From positions 6,944,001 through 7,008,000 of the forward strand of contig JAQFVV010000001.1 in the NCBI GenBank assembly GCA_028023455.1: 64,000 nucleotides of DNA. Reading direction: 5' to 3'. A program made the translations under genes and the position numbers. Every line of letters starts with the position of its first letter. The first letter of the stretch is position 1. The notes below the pieces were generated by a model that worked only from the letters and a program-made list of their open reading frames with translations, did not search any database and had not been told where the DNA came from. This stretch comes from Epiperipatus broadwayi (Eukaryota; Animalia; Onychophora). This document shows, piece by piece, positions 43,091 through 54,664 of this stretch.

Positions 43091-45931
43091 ACATAAATTA
43101 GATTAACCTTTATTTCTTTTTTAAAAAACACACACAAAAAGAATATTTCCCGCTAAAAAGACAAAAGAGAAAGATACATAGATAAAAAATAAAAAATTAA
43201 TTAATTCTGATTTTGATAGTTTTGTTTATAACTTTCATACTTTTAATGCTTAAAATTTTCAATGGAATATAGAAATTCTCCATCAAATTTTCTTTACAAC
43301 AGCAGTAATTATATTTGTCTGTCTTTCTTTTAAAGCAAATTTTATACATCCTTTTAAATGCATTGGAGTTGACATTAAGCCATTAATTAGCTCAATGCAC
43401 TGATATTTCTTAACTTTTATAAGTATGAAATTAATTCCAATTGCTTCACCATTTCCTTTTTCTTTCCTTTCTCTTATAGTTCACATACCAATTTTGTAGA
43501 ATGGCAAGGAAGTTTGTATGGTCAGAGTATACTATTCTAAATAGTCTGAACCATTACAATAAAAATACTTTACAGATCAGACTTTGTAGAGTGATTTTAA
43601 TAAAATATGAAAATAATGTTCTTTTGTTTAATGCATTATCAACTGACACTATAAACTTGCTAGATCAAGGTTGTCCTGTTATCACCTATAAAGTAATGTT
43701 TAGCCTCTACAAATTTGTCTGATACCCATACAAGTTCTTAGGGAAAAGATTAAAATGACTTATTTTTTATCTGATAAGTAGACCAATTATTAAAATGTTT
43801 CTAAAAAGTCGGACCTGTAATTTTACAGTACGCACACATGAAGATAATTACTTAAAAAATATTATTAGACATTTTCAGCACTATATGTTTAATACCCACT
43901 GATAAACAGATAATAAAATTTATATCTGCATTATGATCAGAAATTGTGAAATGATTAGGTTGAAGCTTTGCTGCTACCCATATAAAATCATGGGAACAGA
44001 ATAAAAATGATAAATGATTTGACAATACTGTAACAAATACCAGAATGGTATTAGCAAGAAAAGTGAAGCATTGGAGATTATTTTTAATATATATGTTGAA
44101 ATGATTTTCATAGCACTAATTATAATTTAAATGCAAGTCATCTATAGATTAGTATATGCAAGTATATAAGAAGGTAATATGAAGAAAAAATCATTAAACT
44201 TAAAGAGCTATGGCAGAACAAATATGTTTCATTAAACAGGAAACTTAAAATATTTATGCTATTAATCAAATATTATAATTTATTGCCATTAAACAGACAT
44301 TTCACACAGGTCATATGATAAATCATAAAATTCAAGCATAATATATATAAGCTATATTGTTCATGTAACATAAAAAAATAGACGAGTAATTGTTGTAAAG
44401 ATGTATGTGTGCATATGTTTATGGATAAATAACGGCATATTGTTTATACTCACATAATAAATTCATAATTTAAAATATAATTAGTTAAATTTAAACTTAC
44501 AGTAATTAAGGTCTAATAATATAAATAAAGTTAGATTTTAATATTGAAAATAAAAGTAATTATTTTTTTATACATTTTAAAGCAGAAGATTTGAGTTAGC
44601 ATATGCCTAGAATTTAAAAAATACCTTTTTTTTTTTTTGAAAAATAAAGTCAGCTAAATGGTGGATCTTTAAGAAAAAAGATCAATATTTTAAAGATAAA
44701 ATTTAAATATATAAATTCAACATTCCTTTTCTTTTTAAAACTTGTTTTTATTCCAACTATAATTTTCTTTCTCCTTCCAATACAACGTTTCAACTACATT
44801 CTGTAGTCATTATCAAGTTTCCTTAAAAAATAATAATAATAATAATAAAAATAAAAAACAAAAATAATAACACAAATAAATAAAATATTAATACATTCCA
44901 AATATATAATATTCAATTAAAACCATAATATTATTATAATCTACAAATACAATTATTTACCTCCTTCCCTATCTTTAATTATTTCTTTTAAATTATTTCT
45001 TTTAAATTACCTTTATAAATTAATACTCTTCTTATATAAATTTATTATCTTTTCTCTAAATCTTTACCCATTAACAATCTTTTTATAATCCCCCCCCCCT
45101 TTTTTTATTTTTATATATTATTCCTATATTATCTTATTTTTTATCTCTATTTATTAACATTCTATTTAATACTGGTTTATACTGATCTATATATACTTCC
45201 TCTTTTTTTATTCTCTCTTTAAAATTTGTAACGCATTCCAATGGCCTTATATCAAAATTTTCATGCTTAAATTCCTAGATTAAGGCAGCATTTATATGAT
45301 AAAAAATCTGCTGTATATATTCATAAAAAGGAATTTAAGCATGAAAATTTTGATATAAGGCCATTGGAATGCGTTACAAATTTTAAAGAGAGAATAAAAA
45401 AAGAGGAAGTATATACAGATCAGTATAAACCAGTATTAAATAGAATGTTAATAAATAGAGATAAAAAATAAGATAATATAGGAATAATATATAAAAATAA
45501 AATAAAAAGGGGGCCCCGACTATAAAAAGAATGTTAATGGGTAAAGATTTAGAGAAAAGATAATAAATTTATATAAGAAGAGTATTAATTTATAAAGGTA
45601 ATTTAAATAATAGTAATAGTAACAAGTCAGATGTCACATGACTTATATATAGCTTGCACTTACTAATATGTAAAATTAAGAGCGTGCTAATAGCTCTAAG
45701 CAAGCTTTTTTTTTTTTATTTATGATAAATGCTACTACAAGAGCTAAATTAAAGAGCTAAGCCTACTAATATATGGAGTATCTGAATTAAGTTCAGGCCC
45801 ATATGATTTTTTCAGTTGGAGAGCTGACTTTAAAGACATGTAGATGTCTAAAAGTTTCAGATCTTCTTCCAACAATTATCTTTTAGATAAATGCTTTGCT
45901 TGAGTTGGTTTTTTAGATCTAATGTTCCAAC

Positions 45932-45972
45932 TCCTCACTGAAGAGACCCATAGGTCGAAACCGGTCTGGGGA
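45932..45972 (+). ncRNA. Canonical minimal type I hammerhead ribozyme (family 2)
   Basis: UCCUCA CUGAAGA GACC caua GGUC GAAA CCGG UC UGGGGA; full consensus core, palindromic ACCGGU stem III. Confidence 0.92.
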
Positions 45973-46341
45973 TGGGGACCATGATTTGAATGCCTTCTCT
46001 TGTAGTAGCATTTATCATAAATAAAAAAAAAAGCTTGCTTAGAGCTATTAGCACGCTCTTAATTTTACATATTAGTAAGTGCAAGCTATATATAAGTCAT
46101 GTGACATCTGACTTGTTACTATTACTATTATTATTTTGCTGTTGTGGCTTTAGCTAAATTAAAGAGCTAAGCCTACTAATATATGGAGTATCTGAATTAA
46201 GTTCAGGCCCATATGATTTTTTCAGTTGGAGAGCTGACTTTAAAGACATGTAGATGTCTAAAAGTTTCAGATCTTCTTCCAACAATTATCTTTTAGATAA
46301 ATGCTTTGCTTGAGTTGGTTTTTTAGATCTAATGTCCCAAC

Positions 46342-46382
46342 TCCTCACTGAAGAGACCCATAGGTCGAAACCGGTCTGGGGA
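46342..46382 (+). ncRNA. Canonical minimal type I hammerhead ribozyme (family 2), second copy
   Basis: Identical motif 410 bp downstream. Confidence 0.92.
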
Positions 46383-47960
46383 TGGGGACCATGATTTGAA
46401 TGCCTTCTCTTGTAGTAGCATTTATCATAAATAAAAAAAAAAAAAAGCTTGCTTAGAGCTATTAGCACGCTCTTAATTTTAAAGGTAATTTAAAAGAAAT
46501 AATTAAAGATAGGGGAAGGAGGTAAATAATTGTATTTGTAGATTATAATAATATTATGGTTTTAATTGAATATTATATATTTGGAATGTATTAATATTTT
46601 ATTTATTTGTGTTATTATTTTTGTTTTTATTTTTATTTATTTATTTTATTATTATTATTATTTTTAAGGAAACTTGATAATGACTACAGAATGTAGTTGA
46701 AACGTTGTATTGGAAGGAGAAAGAAAATTATAGTTGGAATAAAAACAAGTTTTAAAAAGAAAAGGAATGTTGAATTTATATATTTATTATCATGGAGCTA
46801 TAATTTAAAAAGAAAAAGAAGTGAAAAGATGTGTATATAGTTATAGATAAAATTTATTAAATTTTCCTCAATGTATACAATATTATCTCTTCTAGTTTAT
46901 AAATGCCTCTAAAGGATAAAATAATTAGAAGGCCAACTAAATTATCAATAGTTTTTTTTAAAAAAATAAAATAAAATCTGCTCTATTTTCTTTATGTAAT
47001 TAAGATTCTAAGTGAATGTATTGAATCATGGATCACACTAATATGATTTGCTTCAATGGCTACAATTTCACTATATCGTAAAAGATCAAGCAAAACCTCC
47101 AAATAATGCCATATATTAAAATATTTTATTGGAAGCACATACTTATTACATCTACAAAGGAATATTCCATCAAAAAAAACATATAAGGGCCATATATGTG
47201 TTTATGCTTTGCCATGAACAAAGTTTAGTAGTGGTTCGGTACAAGAAGAGCATATTTCAAATACACCAAAATGGTTATTTTTTTATTCAGAAGGCAAATT
47301 TATGCTTTCAAAATTTATAAAATAATAAATATGAATTGATATGCTCTCTTAGTAAAATTTTCTAGAACTTATTTTATTTCTTGGGCAAAATAATTTAGGA
47401 AAGAATATTAACGATAAGCAAGTTTAAATCAAATTAAAATTTCTCGTTTTACTAAAAGATTAAATAATTAAAATCGAAATGAAATTTGTAAAACACTTCA
47501 TTTCTAATATCCACACAAGATGGAGTACATGTGCACTTACAATGTCACAATATGGGGGGAAAATGGGGAATGGAAAGGGCTAACAGGTTTCTCTAGGTAT
47601 AGTGGCTGAGAGAGTCCTGACTCTGTACAAGGAGAAAAGAAGTCACAGTGCATCACATCAACATCATATGTTAATTAAAATTCTCATTGGAAATCATATC
47701 TATTATTATTATCTATTGAATTAGTGAAATCAATAAACTGATATTTTACATAAAAAAATTAAACAAGGCATTATAATTATAGTGTTGGAAAAAAAAACAT
47801 TGTTTTGAATGAATCTACATACATTGATGTTACAAATTAATTTCTATAATGAATTAATATAGGGTATATGAGCACAGACTTTCACACCACCCACCTCTCT
47901 CCACTCTATCTAATAACACTGATACACCTAAACACATATATGCTGAAAAGATAAATAATC

Positions 47961-48004
47961 ACCAATATACGTATTTCATGCTAAACCAGCAATCATCAGT
48001 TGGT
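47961..48004 (-). ncRNA. Hammerhead ribozyme (family 3), sense to the RRP8 pre-mRNA
   Basis: ACCAA CUGAUGA u UGC ugguuua GCA u GAAA UACGUA UA UUGGU; palindromic AUACGUAU stem III, AUA cleavage triplet. Confidence 0.82.
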
Positions 48005-48435
48005 CCAGACTATCATCTTTACACACATATATAGTATAAGTGCTCAGATATATATTAAGATAGACTATCCTCATAGTTTAATGGACAGGCTTCAATCCAC
48101 TCCACACTCCAACTCTTCAACCGTCCATCCAATTGAAAATCTGATGATGGAATGCTCAAAGGCCACCCTGAGGCCGAGATTATTGTCACACCCATGTTGA
48201 CCTAAGGTCAATCTGAACCCCACATGTACAGGACATAATCCATTTAATACATATGCAAGGATGGGCAGACATCTCTATAATGTAATAACTGAAACACAGG
48301 CTTGTTATATACCTGTGGCTATATATATGTAATATAGGGTATATGAGCACAGACTTTCACACCACCCACCTCTCTCCACTCTATCTAATAACACTGATAC
48401 ACCTAAACACATATATGCTGAAAAGATAAATAATC

Positions 48436-48479
48436 ACCAATATACGTATTTCATGCTAAACCAGCAATCATCAGTTGGT
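48436..48479 (-). ncRNA. Hammerhead ribozyme (family 3), sense to the RRP8 pre-mRNA
   Basis: Identical motif one unit away. Confidence 0.82.
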
Positions 48480-48975
48480 CCAGACTATCATCTTTACACA
48501 CATATATAGTATAAGTGCTCAGATATATATTAAGATAGACTATCCTCATAGTTTAATGGACAGGCTTCAATCCACTCCACACTCCAACTCTTCAACCGTC
48601 CATCCAATTGAAAATCTGATGATGGAATGCTCAAAGGCCACCCTGAGGCCGAGATTATTGTCACACCCATGTTGACCTAAGGTCAATCTGAACCCCACAT
48701 GTACAGGACATAATCCATTTAATACATATGCAAGGATGGGCAGACATCTCTATAATGTAATAACTGAAACACAGGCTTGTTATATACCTGTGGCTATATA
48801 TATGTAATATAGGGTATATGAGCACAGACTTTCACACCACCCACCTCTCTCCACTCTATCTAATAACACTGATACACCTAAACACATATATGCTGAAAAG
48901 ATAAATAATCACAATATAATCTTAATATATATCTGAGCACTTATACTATATATGTGTGTAAAGATGATAGTCTGG

Positions 48976-49019
48976 ACCAACTGATGATTGCTGGTTTAGC
49001 ATGAAATACGTATATTGGT
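48976..49019 (+). ncRNA. Hammerhead ribozyme (family 3)
   Basis: Same motif on +; followed by a 15-nt local duplication. Confidence 0.8.
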
Positions 49020-49465
49020 GATATTAATATTGGTGATTATTTATCTTTTCAGCATATATGTGTTTAGGTGTATCAGTGTTATTAGATAGAGTGGAGAGAG
49101 GTGGGTGGTGTGAAAGTCTGTGCTCATATACCCTATATTACATATATATAGCCACAGGTATATAACAAGCCTGTGTTTCAGTTATTACATTATAGAGATG
49201 TCTGCCCATCCTTGCATATGTATTAAATGGATTATGTCCTGTACATGTGGGGTTCAGATTGACCTTAGGTCAACATGGGTGTGACAATAATCTCGGCCTC
49301 AGGGTGGCCTTTGAGCATTCCATCATCAGATTTTCAATTGGATGGACGGTTGAAGAGTTGGAGTGTGGAGTGGATTGAAGCCTGTCCATTAAACTATGAG
49401 GATAGTCTATCTTAATATATATCTGAGCACTTATACTATATATGTGTGTAAAGATGATAGTCTGG

Positions 49466-49509
49466 ACCAACTGATGATTGCTGGTTTAGCATGAAATACG
49501 TATATTGGT
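49466..49509 (+). ncRNA. Hammerhead ribozyme (family 3)
   Basis: Same motif on +. Confidence 0.82.
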
Positions 49510-49940
49510 GATTATTTATCTTTTCAGCATATATGTGTTTAGGTGTATCAGTGTTATTAGATAGAGTGGAGAGAGGTGGGTGGTGTGAAAGTCTGTGCTC
49601 ATATACCCTATATTACATATATATAGCCACAGGTATATAACAAGCCTGTGTTTCAGTTATTACATTATAGAGATGTCTGCCCATCCTTGCATATGTATTA
49701 AATGGATTATGTCCTGTACATGTGGGGTTCAGATTGACCTTAGGTCAACATGGGTGTGACAATAATCTCGGCCTCAGGGTGGCCTTTGAGCATTCCATCA
49801 TCAGATTTTCAATTGGATGGACGGTTGAAGAGTTGGAGTGTAGAGTGGATTGAAGCCTGTCCATTAAACTATGAGGATAGTCTATCTTAATATATATCTG
49901 AGCACTTATACTATATATGTGTGTAAAGATGATAGTCTGG

Positions 49941-49984
49941 ACCAACTGATGATTGCTGGTTTAGCATGAAATACATATATTGGT
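49941..49984 (+). ncRNA. Hammerhead ribozyme (family 3), palindrome mutated
   Basis: Stem III reads AUACAUAU (CpG transition), which weakens the dimer helix. Confidence 0.65.
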
Positions 49985-52262
49985 GATTATTTATCTTTTC
50001 AGCATATATGTGTTTAGGTGTATCAGTGTTATTAGATAGAGTGGAGAGAGGTGGGTGGTGTGAAAGTCTGTGCTCATATACCCTATATTACATATATATA
50101 GCCACAGGTATATAACAAGCCTGTGTTTCAGTTATTATAATGAATTAAATGGAGTATGAAAGACATTATTGAAGCTTATAATTATAATAAGAGTACTTCA
50201 TTAAATTGTAAAATTTCTACTCTATGTATAAACACAGTTGTATTTGTTAAATTATTGTGCTTATTTAATCAACATTATAATATGCTTAATCTTGCATTTT
50301 ATTGTTCAGGGAATTGGCTATCAAAATTCTCATTTTAGTCAATATAGATATGTATCTGTGATAACAGGATGACATAAACAAACTAACTTCAATGTTATTT
50401 TAGTCTGTCTCACTTTAAAATATCTCATATTATATACAAGTTCACAGATTACATCCATAAATCATACATGTGATAATTATGCATATAACTTTTTTTATTT
50501 TATACAGAACTTAAGCTTCAGGTATGATATCTACTTTTAATCACAGCATAGACAAAGTAATATAATTTTGATAAAATAAGCACAAAATATTATTATAATC
50601 ATTTGCTTTTATTATTAATAAAGGGAAGGAGATTGTATAAAGTTTTATATATAATTAAATTTGTTTATATTGGTTGTGAAATTAAATATTTTGATTTTCT
50701 GATGTGACATTGTTAATAAAATTGTTATTTTTAAATGAAATGTTTGAAGTATATTTATTGATTTAGAATCCATATAAGTTATTAAAACCATTCAGAAAAA
50801 TGATCAGCCTCTTTGACATTAAAAAAAAAAAATAAACCAAATATTATATCTTCACAATGAAGGCAAACTCATGTGAATCATGGCAAAATTAATCCAGATG
50901 AATCTATGCTCTGCTCTGTTCCAATTGACTTAACAAAATTGTATGAGATCCAAGATCTGATGCACAGGTAATGAAAACTTACAAGGGAATAATGAAGCAC
51001 TTTACCTAGAGAAAATTAAGTGTTGTTGATTTATTTTGTTATTAATAGTATTTAAAAAAATGTTATATGCATACATGCTAAATATATATCATGTATGTAT
51101 GATTGACATATTTATTTAAAGGTATGATTTGGGATCAAATCCTTGATGCACTCATAACATTTTAGACTAAGCTTTAGATAGATGGTGATGTAGTTTAATC
51201 AAATGTGCCTTCCATAAAGCAATAATATCCCTTCTATATTCTTATATTTTATGCTTACATAAATAGTAATATAGAATATCCTCTTCCTCCTATAAATAGG
51301 TTTACACATAGTTAGTTACTGATGAAGGATCTGAATCATTACAACACATATACAGTACATATTTAAAAGGATTTCATGTGACTGCCACATACATTTTCTA
51401 TTATCAAAAATTATAGTGTTAGGTATTAATTTTAATTTAGCAATATGGCTATAAGTAAAATTAAAGATAAAATAGCTTTATAGACAACTATAGGGCAATC
51501 CATTCATCTTTAAAATATCTTCAATATTGAAGATATGATTTTAAAAAACTGTATGCTTGATTCAAAATAAAAACTAATTGGTATCTAGGTTTGAAAATAT
51601 CCCATTCTTTTTAAAATTGTTGGCTTGGAAAAACCAAAATTGGTTATAGCTGTTATAATTTGTAAGAAAATTAACTAATAAAACAAAGTCTATTGGTGTA
51701 AAATGCATTCTTTTTTTGATATATGCATTTCTTCAATTCAAGAAGATTTATTACAATTTTCTATAAAAAAAATTATGTAATAATCACTTACAAATGGTTT
51801 AAAATAAATGAGCTGGCCACATAGAAAAATAATCTCAAGAAATTATAAAATTTTATTGAAATTACAAAATTTTTTTTTTACGCATAGCAGAAGAATCACA
51901 GAAGCTTTCTTCTTAATCTTCCATGCAAAGATGTCTTTGCATAAATTGTTTAATCTTCCTTTTTTGGGGGGGGGGGGATTAGCAATAAGATACAAATTTA
52001 ATACCTATGAATATAAACAATTGTTTATATTTTTTCTGTAACAAAAATATTCTTACGCTATGTTGGATATTTATGAAGAATTAAATTATGTCAGATATGA
52101 TTTAATAATAATTTTATTAATACTAATAATGTTAGTAATATAATAATGATTTTTCTTAAAAAACAAATAGTTTAGAGGTTTGATATAATTTACATTATAT
52201 TAAAAATTAACAAAGCGTATGACACACTTGAATGATAAGCTATAAAGATACACAGAAATTAT

Positions 52263-52310
52263 TACAAGCTAAGCGCTTTCGAGGCCTTTTGCCTCATATT
52301 CATAGCGGTA
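52263..52310 (-). ncRNA. Candidate variant hammerhead (A3-U8) in the Penelope 3' UTR, minus copy
   Basis: Reverse complement of 56742-56789. Confidence 0.55.
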
Positions 52311-52377
52311 CTGTGAGCTGCAGAATGAAGAAATAGGGCAAGGAAACAAAACAGTATGCAAAGCGTATGCAAATGAA

Positions 52378-54664
52378 CTAGATAGTCCAACGTTTGGAGA
52401 TGTCAAAGCAGGTATCTCGTCTATTGATGGAGTTATTATTGCCATTAATAAAATATGCTTCTCTGATTTTCCGCTTGATGTCATTTTTCTCAATACAGAC
52501 TATTTTAGGGCTGGAAGGTTCAAACAAATGTCCTGTCTTCTTGGAATGCTCTAAAAATGTTGATGAATTATCATTGTTTTTCATAGCTCTATTATATGTA
52601 TATCTGTGTTGTGCTGTCCTGTTGATTATGCCTGCTTTGGTTTCTCCAAAATAAATGGCCCGGCAACCAGGTTGTGGGCAAGATATGCTGTAAACGACAT
52701 GGGGAGTCTGAGAAGGTTCAATTTTGTCCTTAGAGTTATTGATTAGACGATTAGTGCATGGGGGTGTATGAAAGCTAATTTTAAATTTATTGGACAAAAC
52801 CTTGATTAATTGATAGGAGATTTTAGGTATGTGGGGAAGAGTAATATATGGAAGTTTAATATTGTTTTTATTGTCAGTGATTTTCCTATAAAATTGTTTG
52901 ATTTTATTGTTAATAGTGTTGAGTTTATAGCCTGCTTGTAGTAGGTCTTTGGTGTAAAGATGTATATTATTCTTTCTATCTGCCTCAAACTTGCACAGCT
53001 GCATATTTCTATATAAAAATGCTTGCAGGCCTGCCAATTTGTGAGAGCTTGGAGAGTTGGAGTGTGGGTGTATAAAGCCTCTGATTTCAAAGGGCTTTAT
53101 TATCATTGAATAATTTATACCTCTCTCATCGCGTGTTAACCTAAGGTCAAGGTAATTTAGACTTTGGAATGCGTCTTCTGCTGTGGAATTGATAGTTAGA
53201 TTAGTATTATGTGTTAACTCTTGTGTAATACTATTTATAGTGTGCTGGTTGGCTAAAATAAATATATCATCTACGTACCGCATGTATATAGTGTGAGGGC
53301 TGTCAGCTTGATATTTGGACACGATTAGTCTTTCGTAGTGATTAAGGAAAATGCTGGTTACGATTCCACTGAGGGGGAGGCCCATAGGCCAACCACTTTT
53401 CATATTGTACCAAACGTGCTCAAATGTTGTATATATATGTTTATCCATCCATGTTAAAAATGTAACGATGAAATTAATGCGTTCAGCTGACATCGTGTTG
53501 GTAAGTTCTTGTTGGATGATTTGAATAGATTGTTTTCTGTCCACCGATCCGTATAATTCTTTGACGTCAAGGGTAGTCATATAGAAGTTGTTCTCGATCG
53601 TGGCTTTTTTGATTTTTTTCCACAACTTGAAAGGACGAATTAACAGAATAATTTCCAAAGCCCAAGCTGTCTATTAATAGTTGATTAACCATTTTCGCGG
53701 TTTGAAAATAATGGACTCCCCCAAAATCCATCATTAAACGCAGCGGTTCACCAGGCTTATGGAGTTTAATGTTGGCAAATATTCTTGGAGCTTTAGTGGA
53801 GGAAGGATAAACTCGGTAGTATTCCGCAATTGAAATGCCTTTGTTTTTATGAGGACGGAGAATGGATGAAACAAATTTATCGCGGTTAAGCTTATTGTTG
53901 AATTGTGCAACAGGAGTGAGTTGTAGATTTGTAATTTGTTCATTTATTTTCCTCTTATAATCCTGAGAATTTAAAAGCACAAATCTATTGCCCTTATCTT
54001 CTTTAAGGCAAATTAAATTATTGCGATCAAGAAACTGTTTCGTAATTTTGATGTCGCTATTCCAGCTATTATCTTTTATATGTAACTGTTTTTGTTTAAT
54101 AGATTTAGCTATATTTGTTATAATGCTATCTCTATGCGGGTTATTAATTAAATTTGCTTCGACATCAGCGATTAGCTCTAATTTGGGTTGTTTCCATTGT
54201 CCTCCTACAAATCTAGGTCCAAGGGATAGAACCCTTGCTATCCTATCAGGTGGGGTAAGGCCAGTTCTATTAACATACGAAGTTTGCTGTAAGTCAATAT
54301 TTATATTTTGTTTATAAGCTAAAAATTTGATTTTCAAAATGAAGCGTTTGCGGTGGTTTATTTCTGTAATGTTGAGTTTATCGATAATCCATTGAGGGAG
54401 GGTGCTATTTGCTGTTATTGTGAGCCATCTTTTTCTTTCTTTACGTAATGCGTTCTTACATCCTTGGATGATAAAAGTCAAGAGGCGTAACTGTAGTTTA
54501 TCAATGATTTTGTCACGGTTATATATAGAGTTATTTATTTTTATTCTGCAGCAGTTTGGAACGATATTAAATCTCTTGCATTCAGACAAGAATGTTAGAC
54601 GCTGTTCCAATGTTTTGACTGAAATGCCAAATCGTAATGTGAGTCTTTGTTGATAAAAATTCAT
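52378..54664 (-). pseudogene. Full-length Penelope ORF (761 aa if corrected) with a +1 frameshift
   Basis: ATG at 54664 (MNFYQQRL); A7 instead of A6 at ~53613-53619 splits it into the 365-aa and 426-aa ORFs; YVDD RT motif and C-terminal GIY-YIG. The frameshift could be a homopolymer sequencing error. Confidence 0.88.

Larger units (their letters stand above)
45608..46480. mobile_element. Non-autonomous HHR retroelement, family 2 (inverted tail + two 410-bp tandem units)
   Basis: 45608-45743 is an inverted copy of the unit's 3' part; units start at 45742 and 46152; TSD (T)AAAGGTAATTTAAA at 45594-45607 and 46481-46494. Confidence 0.88.
44704..46786. repeat. Long inverted repeat (~573-bp arms, 52-bp spacer); right arm interrupted by the family-2 element
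   Basis: 44704-45276 is the reverse complement of 45329-45607 joined to 46495-46786. Confidence 0.88.
47858..50135. mobile_element. Non-autonomous HHR retroelement, family 3 (475-bp units; ~2.2 + ~2.5 units in inverted arms)
   Basis: Period 475 (47856, 48331, 48806); inversion at 48918/48919; TSD TATAATGAATTAA at 47845-47857 and 50136-50148; five HHRs. Confidence 0.9.

Noticed and set aside
48137-48190. Second, opposite-polarity hammerhead in family 3 (CUGAUGA...GGCC/GGCC GAGA...GUC)
   Set aside because: GAGA instead of GAAA, wrong spacing to stem II and no stem I complementarity; ambisense ribozymes are not supported.
48000-48200. 66-aa ORF MVQTIIF... repeated four times
   Set aside because: Starts at TTG, is antisense to the ribozyme strand, has no recognisable domain, and recurs only because the unit is repeated.
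47858-50135. CRISPR-like or satellite interpretation of the tandem repeats
   Set aside because: Eukaryotic context with no unique spacers; the TSD, inversion and ribozymes indicate a single retrotransposition product.
50900-50967. AG/GT-bounded 68-bp open segment as an exon
   Set aside because: Poor polypyrimidine tract, no partner exons and no recognisable protein.
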